Shown here: positions 1 to 12,339 of the stretch, piece after piece
How the letters are laid out: each line of letters begins with the position of its first letter
Position numbering within the stretch: the stretch's first letter is position 1
Source: Dimargaris cristalligena
Lineage: Eukaryota
Reading direction: 5' to 3'
Length of the DNA stretch: 33,385 nt
Assembly: GCA_003614675.1 (NCBI GenBank)
Contig: ML002406.1
Coordinates: 1-33,385, forward strand
The notes under the pieces: model-generated
The model's input: the letters and a program-made list of their open reading frames with translations, nothing else
What the model was told of the DNA's origin: nothing
Database searches by the model: none
Translations under genes and position numbers: made by a program

Positions 1-395
1 TTGGCCAGTTTTCTGCTGTGAAAAGGGTTTACTTACTTTACAATGCAGCTAGTGTAGATTGTGTGTATTCACCATTTAGAATTATTTATTAGGTGATTAA
101 TTGCCAAAGGAAAGGGGGTACAAGTAACCTGGGAAGCTCAAAGGTTTGGTTGAATTGGCAGTAGTTTGTATTTGGGTGGATTGGTGGGGATTGGTAAGAA
201 ATTTTAAAGTATTAGAAGGGTAGTTTAATTAAAAAAACACAGTTTCTATATACTAGCTGCAAGATTATATATAAAAGAAAGTTTAGGTTTATTGTAATTT
301 AATTTAGTATAGGAATAATCCTTTAAAAAGTAGTAGAAAATAGCTTAAAAGTATTGAAAAATAGTGGAAAGTAGCTAAAGAAAGCTAATTTACCA
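1..395. other. AT-rich, CpG-free block, probably the edge of a degenerate repeat
   Basis: No CG dinucleotide seen before ~396; composition resembles the repeat-containing blocks at 12.2-13.7 kb and 30.1-31.9 kb. No recognisable coding content. Confidence 0.3.
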
Positions 396-1914
396 CGTCC
401 GGTTGCCAAACATCAATTTACATAATACAGTTTTTTTTTTGGCTTTCCTAAGGCATTATTCATAGATTTATTATAGGTCTTATGATTGATCTCAGGGTCA
501 GTGATCATTTTTCCCTCATTTTAAAAAAAAGTCCCATCGATGTGCCTATCTTCCGTTTTAATAAAAAAATAGTACCGCTACATCAATTGGAACTTTCATC
601 CAAATCATTATATAGTTACATTGAACTTCACCCAATATATACTCTATTATTCATTCACGTTAGTTGTAGAATTTCCGTACCGATTCTCAGTTCATTCAGG
701 TGCCATAGGTGATGGGCACGATTGGTCACTGAAACAAATCATATCCCAAAAATTAAACCTCAGCTATAAATGGTCTTAGCGTACTGTAGCAATGTGCAGA
801 AATGTGGGGAAGTCTATTAGCCTAGCCGCATTCCTATTTTATTCGGATGGGGTGGTTTTATCGGCGGAAAATTCGTGCTTTATAGCCATCCCTTATTATA
901 TTGTATCGTTAATCCCAATATTCATCAATATTCCTCGAGCCTCTATTATCACCCTTCAATTCCCGCCTCTTTTGTTAAAAAATGGTCATAAAGTAAACCA
1001 TTCAGCTGTATTGTCCAGAAAAATTACGGACGGATTGCCTTATCATTGATCTATGTATAGGTTATTGAAGTACCGTTTTATTTATATTTCGTATTCATCC
1101 GTTGACGCCTTCACCGACCCTATTAGAAAGGGTAGTAATGCGTGAAGACTGCATCCAGATAGCGAGTACATCCGCCATGAGTGAATATTTGAATTCAGTC
1201 GAGCGGACGTTTTGGTTCTTCTACTTTAATCACCCTGACATCGCTCCAAGGTAATTACACTCAATGCCTCCGGCGGATCGGAGGAAGAGCATCATATTAA
1301 AAAAATAACCGTAATGTATACCTCATTTTCATTTACTGTATTATTTATATATTTAGTTGGGCAACTGCATAAGTCACTTATTTACGTACTGGCAAGGCAT
1401 CTTTACTAAAATCATCGTTACGCCACAAATATCTCGTTCCTTGTTTTACGTATCCCGATAAATAGATACAACCCGCAATGGCCCATTCTTCCCACATTTT
1501 ACCCAGTCCGCCTACGAGATTGCGGATGTATGAATTACGTTTTGACCATCCGGTAGCTGATTCGCCCTTTCCATCAAGACTGCCGAGTTTTAGGCAAGAT
1601 GCCATAACTCACAACAGTATTACTTCATCAGGTCTTGATGATACACTATCATAATAACATTCTATATAAGGATGCATTTAGATACAGCTGGCTGATATTT
1701 TGATTAAAATATAGAGGGTAAAGCTGGGGAGAGGTTTATTTTTAACCAGTAAAGCCCATCCCACCGAATATAAGTATCTTTTTTTTTCACCTCTCGCTAC
1801 ATAGCCTGCTTGTACTTCTCCCATTATGATGCCTGAATCTTCAGGACCAACAACCCCTCTTCTCCCCCTAAGTTCTCCTTCAACTATGTTTCCAGAAGTT
1901 GAGATGGATCACCG

Positions 1915-4900
1915 TCAGTGGGAATTCAGAATCGTATCAGCCGCATTCCAGATTTGGGAGATCATCTGGCGAACCTGGGGATCGAAGCGAGTATTTTCGG
2001 ATTGAAGTTGCGTTAAGTATTGCTTCAGAGTTTCCAGATTATCCTGGTGGTCTTCCGTGGTCTGGCGGGCCCGCAGCAGGTACGCTTTAAGATTCATGGG
2101 AATAGTAGGCCCTAAAACACCGGATTCGCTGATTAATCCATCTGGGGTATGGCTGTTAACTGGGCGATGGCCGAGTGGATCAGGGGTATAGGCGGACGTA
2201 GGGGCATGCTGGGAAAAGACATGGTGATTGGATTGCGGAAGTTGGGGGGAGGAATCGATCAGCTTTCGCCGGCAAGTATCCCAATCAAGCCGGGATTTTA
2301 TCTGATTGGATAGGGGCTGGGTTTCCGGGGTTCGCTGAAGCAAGTTGCTCGGTTCCGAATGTTTCAGCAAATGATCATAGAAGTTCATTTCGCTGGCCTA
2401 AAATTGAGGTCGTTTTTATTTCATCCATCCAGCCGGCCAGTCAAGAGCGCACATGGTAATGGTAATAGCCGAAATCACATAATACAAGCATACATATATA
2501 TACATATATACATTGGTTAGAAATGGCCTAGCTTGTTCGTCGGGTATGTTTTAAGCCAAATTTAAATAAATGTCAATGTGATAGTGGTAATATGGTCCGA
2601 AATTGAATCAAGTCGAAAAGGTCGTTTGGTCTAGTTACCTGAGGGGTTAAATGCGTCGACTCAGCAGCTCCAGGCGAGTCTTCAGCAACTCTGCTTTCAA
2701 TATAAACCTCCAAAGCAATTTGTAACGAGTCGGGAACAATAACATCGAGTACATCGGGTTCTCTGGTACTAGTGGCAAAGTGAATCTACATGGATACCAT
2801 TCCCACGCATTGTCAGCCAATAAAATAATTAAATAGATGCAAACTAAGTATTAGAATGTAACTATAATTACAGTAGCAGATCTACTAATGAAGGGATCTA
2901 CAGGTCACTATAGTCCAAAATGAGGCTAGGTAGTCATTAAAATTGCTCCGTTATTAGCGTAGAGCTATGTTTCTTCATCGGCTGTACTTACCAGTTGGGC
3001 AAGAGTCTCTTGGATAACGGTCCAGTCTCGCGCCTGACTCCCCACTTGGAAAATGGCAGCCAAAAGTTGGCCATACCTTGCCTATAGAAAACATATAGTA
3101 AAGTTAAATTGTAAGTAGCAATAAAGAGCTAGGGAACCGAGATGACAAAAAAACAATACGGCTGGCGATATACATAGTACAACCGTTTTCATGATGGATA
3201 TTGTAATTATGCACTGTAATATTTAGATTAAGGATACCGGTGCTTACCAGATTATCTTGAGAAGGTAAAGACACACTGGCACACGACCCAGCCAGGTTTA
3301 ATAGCGATATTAGTGGAATCATGGGCTGTAGGCTACTGCCTATTAGTTGGTTGAGTAGTTCCAATAACTTGAAAATGGAAATAGGAGAATCCAATATACA
3401 TAATTTAGGTAAAGGTGATGGGTTAGGGGTGGTTCGCTATGCACCATATCAGAAAAGACCAAGGAGCCATAATGACTATGTTCATGACGGGTATAATTAT
3501 GTTTGGTGATGTTTGTCCCGGTGCAAAAAGTTTTCCATAGGGGATGGCCCTACATAGGAGAGGCGCAGCTCGAAAACTTACATCAAAGACTTGACTAGCT
3601 TCAAAAGGCATCAGCATGGCTAATAGGTCGAAAACGATTTCCAGTTGGCGATGGAGCTACCATAGAAAAATGTGAACAAGTTGAATATAATGCGACCATT
3701 ATGGGGGCTTGGGGGTTAGTTATGTCCTATTAAAAAGGCAATGGGATACTGGCACCTGCCATACCTAGAGAAGTATAATCGTCAACAGGGGCCATCCATA
3801 ATGGTTCCACGGCTATTCATATTGACTGTTAGAGCCCCTACCTGGGCTGCGAGACCGTCGGGCCGAGTCGACATAGCTGGTCGAGAAGCGTTGGTCGATT
3901 GTTGAATCATGGTTTCCAAATAGCGGCCAATGGAATTGAACAGCGTGTTCCGCGCAGTTGATAACGATTCCATCGAAAGTTCACTTGAGCGCAAAATATA
4001 ATACAGGTGGGCAAGCGGCACGTTCTGTGATTTTGGTATCAGGGGCAATTGAATAAAAGAAGCGTTAGTAAACCATGGCAACTGTTACATAACTCGGCAA
4101 TAGGCGTTGGCCGGCACCCTTATTTAATCAAACGCGTATCGAATACGATGTCGTCGTAATATATATACCAAATGTAGGCCTACCAGTGAACTGTGTTTAG
4201 TGGACAGGGACTCGGCGGACTTGGAAAAATGGTCAACTAGGTTTTCAAGAAAAATCATGCAGAGGGGTATGTGTTGCTGCGACATCTGTAAAAATGGTGT
4301 AACAATTATGGTGTTAAACATAACGTAAGTCGAGAAATAGTAAGTGATTCTATTCGCACAAAGCCATCAAAAAGTGCTTGTAAACCAAGCTGACGCACAT
4401 CAATGTGCTACTGCATTGCCGTATTGAAATTAATTGGGTGGGACATACCTCACGCATGGCAGGACTCGTTAAGGGCAATACAATATGTATTGATGGTGAA
4501 GTAGCCGCCATCTGGGATACCCAGCTGCGATCGATGGAATCATTGTTAGGAAGGGAAGAACGATATAATTCATCCGCAAAAGTCGTCTAACGATGGGAAA
4601 GGATAAGCTAATGCAGAGTTACATGTTAATAACATTGGCAGTAGTTACTAATTATATATATATAAGTGATACAAGGTGTAGGGTTGCTTCCCCGTTATAA
4701 AGTGGGATCGGTTTGGAGTACTTACTGACGAGCTCGACGGAAGTACCAAAAGTAGGTTGTATAAAAGTTTCTCGAGTCGGTGCGCAATTAAAGCAGAAGA
4801 CCAAAAAAAGGTTTCCATCTAATTATAGGCATAACAATAAAAGTCGAGTTTCGGGGTATTCAATGGGGGTAAATTATTATAGTTAGTTATTCAATGTCAC

Positions 4901-6759
4901 TAAATCTGACCAACGTTTTTCCCCATGTACACACCCCTTGCGTTAAAAAAATATATACTTACCATGTGAGAGAGAAACCGGATTTGGGATTCTATGGTGT
5001 GCGGTAGCAATCGCTGGGCCAGGAGCACCCACGTATCGGCCGCTGCATTAGCGGAGGGAGTCAAACCCCGTACCAAAGACTGGAACAAAACGCGATCCCA
5101 CTGGTGGGCCAATTCATCCGTGGGGATAGTCCGGCCGATTCGGGTCCAACTTGCCACCAGGGCCAGATAGCCCTGTTCGATTGTATCCGATGCCGAATCG
5201 TTGGGCGTACTTGCGATCGGCCCCTCCAGTTCTACGGTATGAAGCAGTCGATGTATATGACCATCCAGGGATAGGATATGGCGAAGCATGAGTGGCATCT
5301 GGTTCTGGGGGTCATTGGAAATGAGAAGGCCTTTATAGAATTCCGGGGATAGTCGACCAACTCGGTCGAGGATGAATTGGCGAAGGAGGAAAGTCGCCCA
5401 GAGATTTTCGGGCGTTTCATTGGCGGGGAGGCTAAAGGAGTCGCGGAAGAGCGTCAGGTGCCACTCGGGATGGAATTCCGGGGCTAGTTCGGCATCGGAG
5501 GCCCCGAGTAAACCCCCGACCAAACCCGTGACCATTGGCCACAGCTGCTCCTGAATCATGGCAACCACAGCTGAGGGCAGATCTTTGGCCAGCAACTGGG
5601 GGGTGGAAAGCTGGCCCAGCAGGTCACGGATGTGCCCCACCACGACCTGGCGTTCCGGATCCGTCGCTGAACTCGAACCCTTCAGCCAGTCTTCGGTGCA
5701 GGGCTTGGTAACGGCGGCAAAGGTATTCAAAAAGAATTTGGAAATGGCAATATGCCGATTAACCGTCCTCTGGATACCAGGCGCCAGGCTTGTCGGGGTT
5801 GCGGAACGGGGGCCGTAGGAAAGCCCCCATAATTTGGCCATTTGGTCGTGGTGGCTAGCCCGAATGAAATTAAGGAGAGGTGTGAGTGGGAAGGCTTGCC
5901 GGAACGCGGGGGTGGGGAATTGGAGGGTAAGCGCTATGATATATTTGCAGCCAGTCCCGAGGCATTTAATATCCGACGGGCGACTACGGGCCACCTCCAG
6001 GAATTCGGTACAAGTTTCGGCCGCGAGGGTTTCCAGGGTGGTAAGGTAGGATTCTGGGGCTTCCGGCCCGGCTAACTGTTGCAGTTTTTTGAAGAAGATG
6101 GCTAAAATGGGGGTGGATACCAGAGCCGCTTGGACGGCGTCCGCAGCCAATTTCTTAATTTCGGTAGGGGTGTTGGCATCGGGTGTGAATAAAAGGGGCT
6201 CCACGATACATCTGGTATAGGAGCGTATAAATGGGGCCAAAACGTCAGTCGGCCAGGCGGGATGCTTCAGCTCCCGCCAATAAGCGTGTACCAACTCCGC
6301 GGTATTTTCGACGGGGTGATCTAATAGCATTTGCCCTAATATTTGCCACTGGGCGAAGGTTTGGCAGGTTCGCACGAGGGTGTCCACCTTGGGCATATTC
6401 CCTTGGACAGCTGGGGCCGAGCGAAGATGATGATAGATGATATCGGTCGCATCGGGAATAAGAGTCGGCCATACGGATAGCCAGTCCAGGAGAAACACCG
6501 TGCGGGCGGGTTCGGCGCATTGCTCCCAGGCCGCCTTACACATTTGACTGGTTTCCAAGGGGGTCACTTGGGCACCATGAATCAGCCCCGGTCGTAGGGC
6601 AGTGGCTAATGTAGACCAGAGTCCGCTTTGCGCTATTTCGGTATACGCTTGGGCTAGGGTGCCCGAGAGGGCTTGCCATTGGCCCGGGGTAACCTTGGCC
6701 GGATTCCGGGTTACTTTTTGAAACTGATGGGCGAAATCGTGGGGGCCTTGGGGCTGCAT
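1915..6759 (-). CDS. Uncharacterised ~1075-aa, probably alpha-helical protein; 10 exons: 6759-4963, 4818-4726, 4586-4449, 4285-4184, 4024-3842, 3656-3582, 3367-3248, 3081-2992, 2785-2639, 2397-1915
   Basis: Manual splicing joins the ORF-track fragments 4900-6759, 4124-4321, 3782-4081, 3423-3617, 3104-3394 and 1915-2388 into one open frame. Donors GTAAGT, GTAAGT, GTATGT, GTAGGC, GTAGGG, GTAAGT, GTAAGC, GTAAGT, GTAACT; acceptors TAG/CAG (one AAG) after pyrimidine-rich tracts; introns 139-241 nt; ends in TGA. Leu/Ala-rich amphipathic sequence, no family motif recognised. Confidence 0.75.
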
Positions 6760-8535
6760 GGCGAACTAGGGGGTGTGCTGTCGTCCAGTTTCTTGGGTTG
6801 CCGGCGGTATGAATTGACAAGGTAAGGGTAAACACTAGAGAAACAAAGGGCAAGGATGCGCAAAAACACTGGCTGTTGTAAAGGGTAAAAGGGGGTCGGT
6901 GGGTCTAAGTCGTGGTCCAGGAAAATTCGTCAAAAAGAGCAGAAGGACAAATGGGCTATTGAATCAAGGGAAGGGAGAGTAAATAGCGAGTATAAGTTAC
7001 AAGGGAAAGTGTATTGTAGAGCCAGCCCCCTTTGATGCATATAGCCACGGCCACTAAAAAAGTGGAGCATATTGGATACGACGCAGCAACAGTAAACAAT
7101 GAATCAGCTAAAGTTACCATTTGTAGCGGTTAAAATTCAGGGAATATTGAAGATACTTTTCGAGTCGGCCCAATAATAACAACATAGCGAATGTCGGGCT
7201 TTAACCTCTAGTGTGACCTCACCATTGCCTTTGGGCAGGGCCTAGCGTCGGCAAAACAAGTAGGAAAATATGAAATATTGGGCGACCCAGTAAATGTAAA
7301 CATGAATAGCTCAGCTATGTTCATCCAGGAAAACACCCACCCAACTCAGTAAGTTTTTACATAGAGTATGGGCGAATATAACGATGGTATACATATGTGA
7401 GGGAGATTCAGTTCAGCCGGATAGCGAACGATTCGTTTGGTGACAGGTTTTTAAGGGTGAAAATAGATAACCCTCCTATCTGCATATTTATCCGTATTAT
7501 CATATTCCAAATAGACAAGGTATTGTTTAGTGTCGAAGGTTTTCCTACGAATTAACCCCTTACCTACTTATTAGCGGATCACCACCATCTACATTTACTA
7601 GCTCAGCCCCAAGTTACGACTAATGCTGCGGCTCGTTGAATTTAGTGGATCGCTGGCGTGGATGAAAAATACAGCCTCATAGATCCATTCAGCAATAGTT
7701 AGAGGGTCACCCTACCAAAATAGCAATTTTACTGGTAGTGAACTCCTAGAACCTAGTACACCGGGTAGCTTTGTCTAAGGCCTTAGCTAATAAAAACATC
7801 AATGGGCAGAAAATAATCAATAGAAGCATGCGAAGTGGCTATTGTGGACCGGATTGCCGGTGGTCGAAGGGGTTCGGTGGCGGCCGGGTTCAAAGGTCGG
7901 AAGTAGATGTGCAGCTTTAGTGTAGTTGTTCGACAAACCAAGCTACAAGTTTTATCCACAGTCGGTGAGGGGGCTTGTCAACAATCGGTATTGTAGGGGA
8001 CAAATTCAAGCCTGTAAGCGAATATTATTTTCAACTTCTAAATCGACTTACTTCCGATCAGGTAAATATGCTGCATGAAAAGACGGTATTGTAAGGTAAA
8101 TAGGTAGCCTCAAAAGTTGTTGCCCACGAAAATAGTGCATTGATGCCCACCCATTGACAAACTAGGAATGCAAGGTAAGGGTGAATGGCCAAGTACAGAT
8201 GGAATGAGAATTACTGAAGAAATCAGACCAGCAGGAATGGCGAATGTTTCCCGATATACCCATCCGGCCACTGCTCTAATGTCGCACCGAATGGCACACC
8301 CTGATTGTATCTATACTATAAGCCAGTTTGTTTAAAAGCTGGGCATTTCACCTCTTATCTAGTACTTTATATCATCCTCATCTTTTCCTTCTACAACGTG
8401 CATGTACCATTGCCATAGCCACTTACTTTTTTACCATCAGCTATTCCACTATTTATCACCAGTTTAAGATAACCCGTTGACCGGCTTACTCGAATTTACA
8501 TTATTTCACAGCTCCAACAGCCACCATTCCCTAGA

Positions 8536-10270
8536 ATGCCTCAGGAAGATAACAACGCGTCGGCCACCCCCGAAACCCAAACGCAGCCGGTGGACCCTGC
8601 CAACCAGCCCAGCCCTCCCCCCGTCGATTCACCAGGAATGGCCCTCCTTACCTGGTTATTTTCCGACGATAGTGCCCCATGCGGCCGAAAAGTCACCAAG
8701 CACTTATCCAACCGGGACCAACTCCACCTGGCAACCACCAACAAGTTGCTCCGCCCGCAAGTTATGAAAGCCTACCGTTTCGATAACTAACTCGACCAGG
8801 TGCTTGGACAGGCTATTACGGCCATACCTCCGATCAATTCCGTTGGCGATGGCACCATTCGGACCTTGGACGTAGACTTTCCGGGAGCGTCCCTTTAATG
8901 CGGCCCGGTTCGATAGGCTTGCATGATTTGAATGGTTTTACAGCACTTGGACAGTGCGCCTGGAATCTCCACTGTGCCATATCCAACTTAGTGGATTGGT
9001 CCCAGGTCATCAAATTGGCCATTGGACTCCTCCCCAGAAAGACGCAGGTGTTCTGATGGAAATGGAGCCTGTGGACTAGATATGTTTAGTAGGTATACAT
9101 CGTGGTTTGTACTAGACTACTGCTATGGCTCTATTGGTTCTGGCTGAACATTTTCATATAACTCACCCTAGTAGCGGTTTTCTACTGGGTGAAAATATAT
9201 CTGCTCAAGAATCATATACATTGAAACTACTAGAGATTTATTAATAAAACTGTATAGAAGGAAGGAAAACAGCTAGAGGACGATAGAAGCCCCCAGGTGG
9301 TTTGTTTTATATTAAATAATATAGACGGCAGGGTACATTTCAAATAGTTAGAATAAAAGGACATATAGTAATTAAAAAAACTACCGGAATTAGCCGGAAA
9401 CAATAGGTAATAATATATCCGTAGGGACGGACTTTTCAACAATATGTCTTATTGTGGATCGTCTGTATCCAACATGATGATGAGTTCAAATCTAGGGAAC
9501 ATGTCACATAATATCACTTTAGCTCCTTGGGTCTCCAGCTCACTTGGATCTACTAATGATTACGACCGTAAAACTGCGAGATACCATGACCACAGCCACC
9601 TCCAGTTTTAGGTGATGTTTGACGCCACTTTGCCCGTCATAATCCCGCCATCCATTAAACTGATCCACCAGATTGGCATAAATACATGATACGTCGGCAA
9701 AAATGATATAGTGGACACTGATATTGAAATAAAATAATCCCATCTACTTATTATCCACCTAACCCTTTATTAGAGCCGTCTCTTCGGCGGGCCTTTAGCA
9801 AGTCCATTGTTTTGGTTTTCAATAATCCGGCGCTTACCTAATGAGTTATCAGGCTTGGTGCCCTGCTACCTCGCACTCAATAAATTACGGACAAAATGCA
9901 ATAGGCATACCCATGAGCTGTGGCCTCTACTGATAATCTATACCCTTTTCCACCAACTATGTCACACGAGCCCGCAAGCCTACTTCCTGGACTTATTCAT
10001 ATTTAGCCAAGTACCTCTTCAATTATTTCGACTCATAGTTTCATGGATCTAGTGATACCGGCAATCCCCGAGCTCCATATTCCTTTTTCCATGGGAGTCG
10101 GAGGTGGGTTTCATAATCCAGCTCCTTTGCTACTTAGAACCATCACCGTTTTATTCATCAAAATCTGTAAGTGAGCCGTTATACTACATACAGACCTTTT
10201 TCGGTATGACTTGTTTCCTATATACCTGCATCTGGTTTCTATGCTGGTTGCTCTTGACGGTGGTACCAGC
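8536..10270 (+). pseudogene. Decayed F-box-like/LRR-like gene, paralog of 10277-11758, interrupted by a ~660-bp insertion (~9070-9730)
   Basis: LFSDDSAPCGRKVTKHLSNRDQLHLATTNKLLRPQV aligns with LFSPLAPCTCHNIIQYLFDQDQLKLTDICHYICPQV of the neighbour. Past the TAA at 8788 and frameshifts, matches continue: IRTLDV/IRSLTV, EWFYSTW/KWFCSYW, LVDWSQV/LAEWSKV, PRK/PRK. After ~9730: LLIIH/PLIIH, QVHC/QVRC, LNKLRTKC/LKSLEVKC. The 3' end is approximate. Confidence 0.6.
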
Positions 10271-10276
10271 GGATTT

Positions 10277-11758
10277 TCAGATAGTTGAGGTATGTAGGTA
10301 GTGAATATTGGGGAATCGCATTCGGAGGGAATTGAGGTCGCTCGGGCTGGCATCCGGGCTCAGTGGACAAGCAGTCACTAATTTGCTACTGAATTCCATC
10401 TCTATAACTTGGGAATACAATTCACTTTCGGGAAACTCCAGGTTAGTTTCCTTAAGATTGGCGGAGCTGGATGTAATCAAAGGGCAGACAGGACCCATAT
10501 GGATGCACTCGTGAAAAAACAATCGATGGAGGCTTGGTAGATTTTGTGCAATTCGTGAGCTATCCCTAAGCGACAGGAACCAGTCACCAAGTACCCATTG
10601 AGTTACACGGGGCCACGACTGGCCCAGAACCCAAGCGAGGTAGCCTACATCCTGACTGAGCTCTTCAACCTTTCGGAACTTTTGGCGGAATATCAGGCAT
10701 TGCAGATGAGGAAATTGATTGGTGTTTAGAGCGGCTATATGACCTAAATCATCACTTTCGCTTTGGCATACCAAGTCCAAAGCCACCAGGTTGGTCAGCC
10801 ATCCTACCGGGAGTGGAGTGATGAGAAGGGGGTATCCCCCCCCCCCAAACATGGGGATTTAAGTTCTTTACACTTGCAAAGCGCCGCATAAGCTCTATCC
10901 CCAAGTCTGACAGATTATCGGTACACTTAACCTCCAGAGACTTGAGTTGGGTAAATGAAGATAGAACAGCTAAGACGATGCCCATGCTGTTCGAGTAATG
11001 AGCAATTGTAAGTATTAGACATCGAACCTGTCCCAAGAATGCCCGAACAGACTCGGCGTACATTTCATGGATAATCAAGGGGGAATCTTTTCCTAAAGAT
11101 GAATCCTGGCATTTGATTACCAGCTTCCGGGGGGGGGGGTTAGGTATATTGACTATGATGGCGGCAACCTTGGACCATTCCGCGAGTGAATTTAACTGGA
11201 ACGAAATTTTATTCAAATGGCCTATCCAGTAACTGCAGAACCATTTCAAAGTCTCGGTTTCGGCCGTCTCATTGATTCCCGGGCCATAGTAGACTGTTAA
11301 ACTTCGGATCATATCGTAGCCATCAAAGACTTTACGCATCGAGTTTCGGTCTCCGGTGTCGGCAGGCTGATTCTGCGCAACATCCAAATGCAAGGCTGGT
11401 AGAACTTGGGGACAAATGTAATGGCAGATGTCAGTTAGTTTCAGTTGGTCCTGGTCGAATAGGTATTGGATGATGTTGTGGCAAGTGCACGGTGCCAAGG
11501 GGCTGAAAAGGGATAATACCAACCTCTGATCGGGCGAGTCGGTCAATTCGGACGACTGGCCTTCATTGGGGACATCGTCAGAAGTCAGTAGTGAGTTTTT
11601 AAGAACAGTCAAATAGTTGCTTCGAACGTGTTGGTCTTTACGTAGTTTCTTGATGTATTTGGCTGCCAGATCGTAATCAAACTGTGTTTTCCCAGATTAA
11701 GGACGGTATCGTCCGTGGACGGGCGTGGTGGCAGCGGGGGACTGGATGAGCGGGACAT
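10277..11758 (-). pseudogene. F-box-like plus LRR-like (RNI-type) gene with two apparent frameshifts
   Basis: ORFs 10752-11612 and 10277-10852 join if one G is removed from the G11 run (plus-strand C run 10836-10846). LxxLxL-type repeats: FTQLKSLEV, LTNLVALDL, FPHLQCLIF, LPSLHRLFF, FPNIHYLH. The likely ATG at 11758 (MSRSSSPPLPP) is out of frame with the main ORF, with a shift near 11700. Confidence 0.6.
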
Positions 11759-12339
11759 TGACTGCAATGGCAATGAGTGAGGTTATAACGTGGGGATGTA
11801 TGATGAAAATATATAGAACTACCAATCTGGTAAAAACATATGAAACTAATTTAAAGTATAATCAATGGTATGGGTATCCTTGGGTATTTATAGGTTGCGC
11901 AGGGCGAAATTAGATACAAGGTATTAGCGAACATGTATATTCCAGAAATTTCATGAATCTCTGTTGCTGACCACTAATCGATTCCAACATCCTAATGACA
12001 GACACTGAAAGTGGAGTATCCTATAGTTTAAGCTATACTATAGTGAAGCCCATCGTTCTCGGATTCTACCAGCTGGAATAGCCATGTCAGGGGCTTTTTA
12101 CTTCTCCAATGGCCTATACTATGAAGTTTCTACTATGGATTAAGATGCCATCAGATATTCACTCCAAAATATGAATGTATATTTTACAGTATATATATCT
12201 AAGCTAATTGACTTAAAACGAAGCTGCCTATGGAAACCTGTGGTCACCAATTGATCAGTTGAAAAAATCAGTCAGTGAAATATACATTTTTTAATTATTC
12301 TGCCAGTATGCTCTGAGCAAATTTATTTATATTTCAGTT

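Noticed and set aside
482-1605. Short ORFs of 75-85 aa (and similar ones at 14.2-15.2, 23.0-24.2, 25.9-27.7 and 29.5-30.0 kb)
   Set aside because: No motifs, no codon bias, often non-ATG starts; consistent with random intergenic ORFs.
7800-8080. Possible third LRR-like relic on the minus strand (KLKIIF, LKLHIYF)
   Set aside because: Fragments are too short and broken to align convincingly with the neighbouring paralogs.
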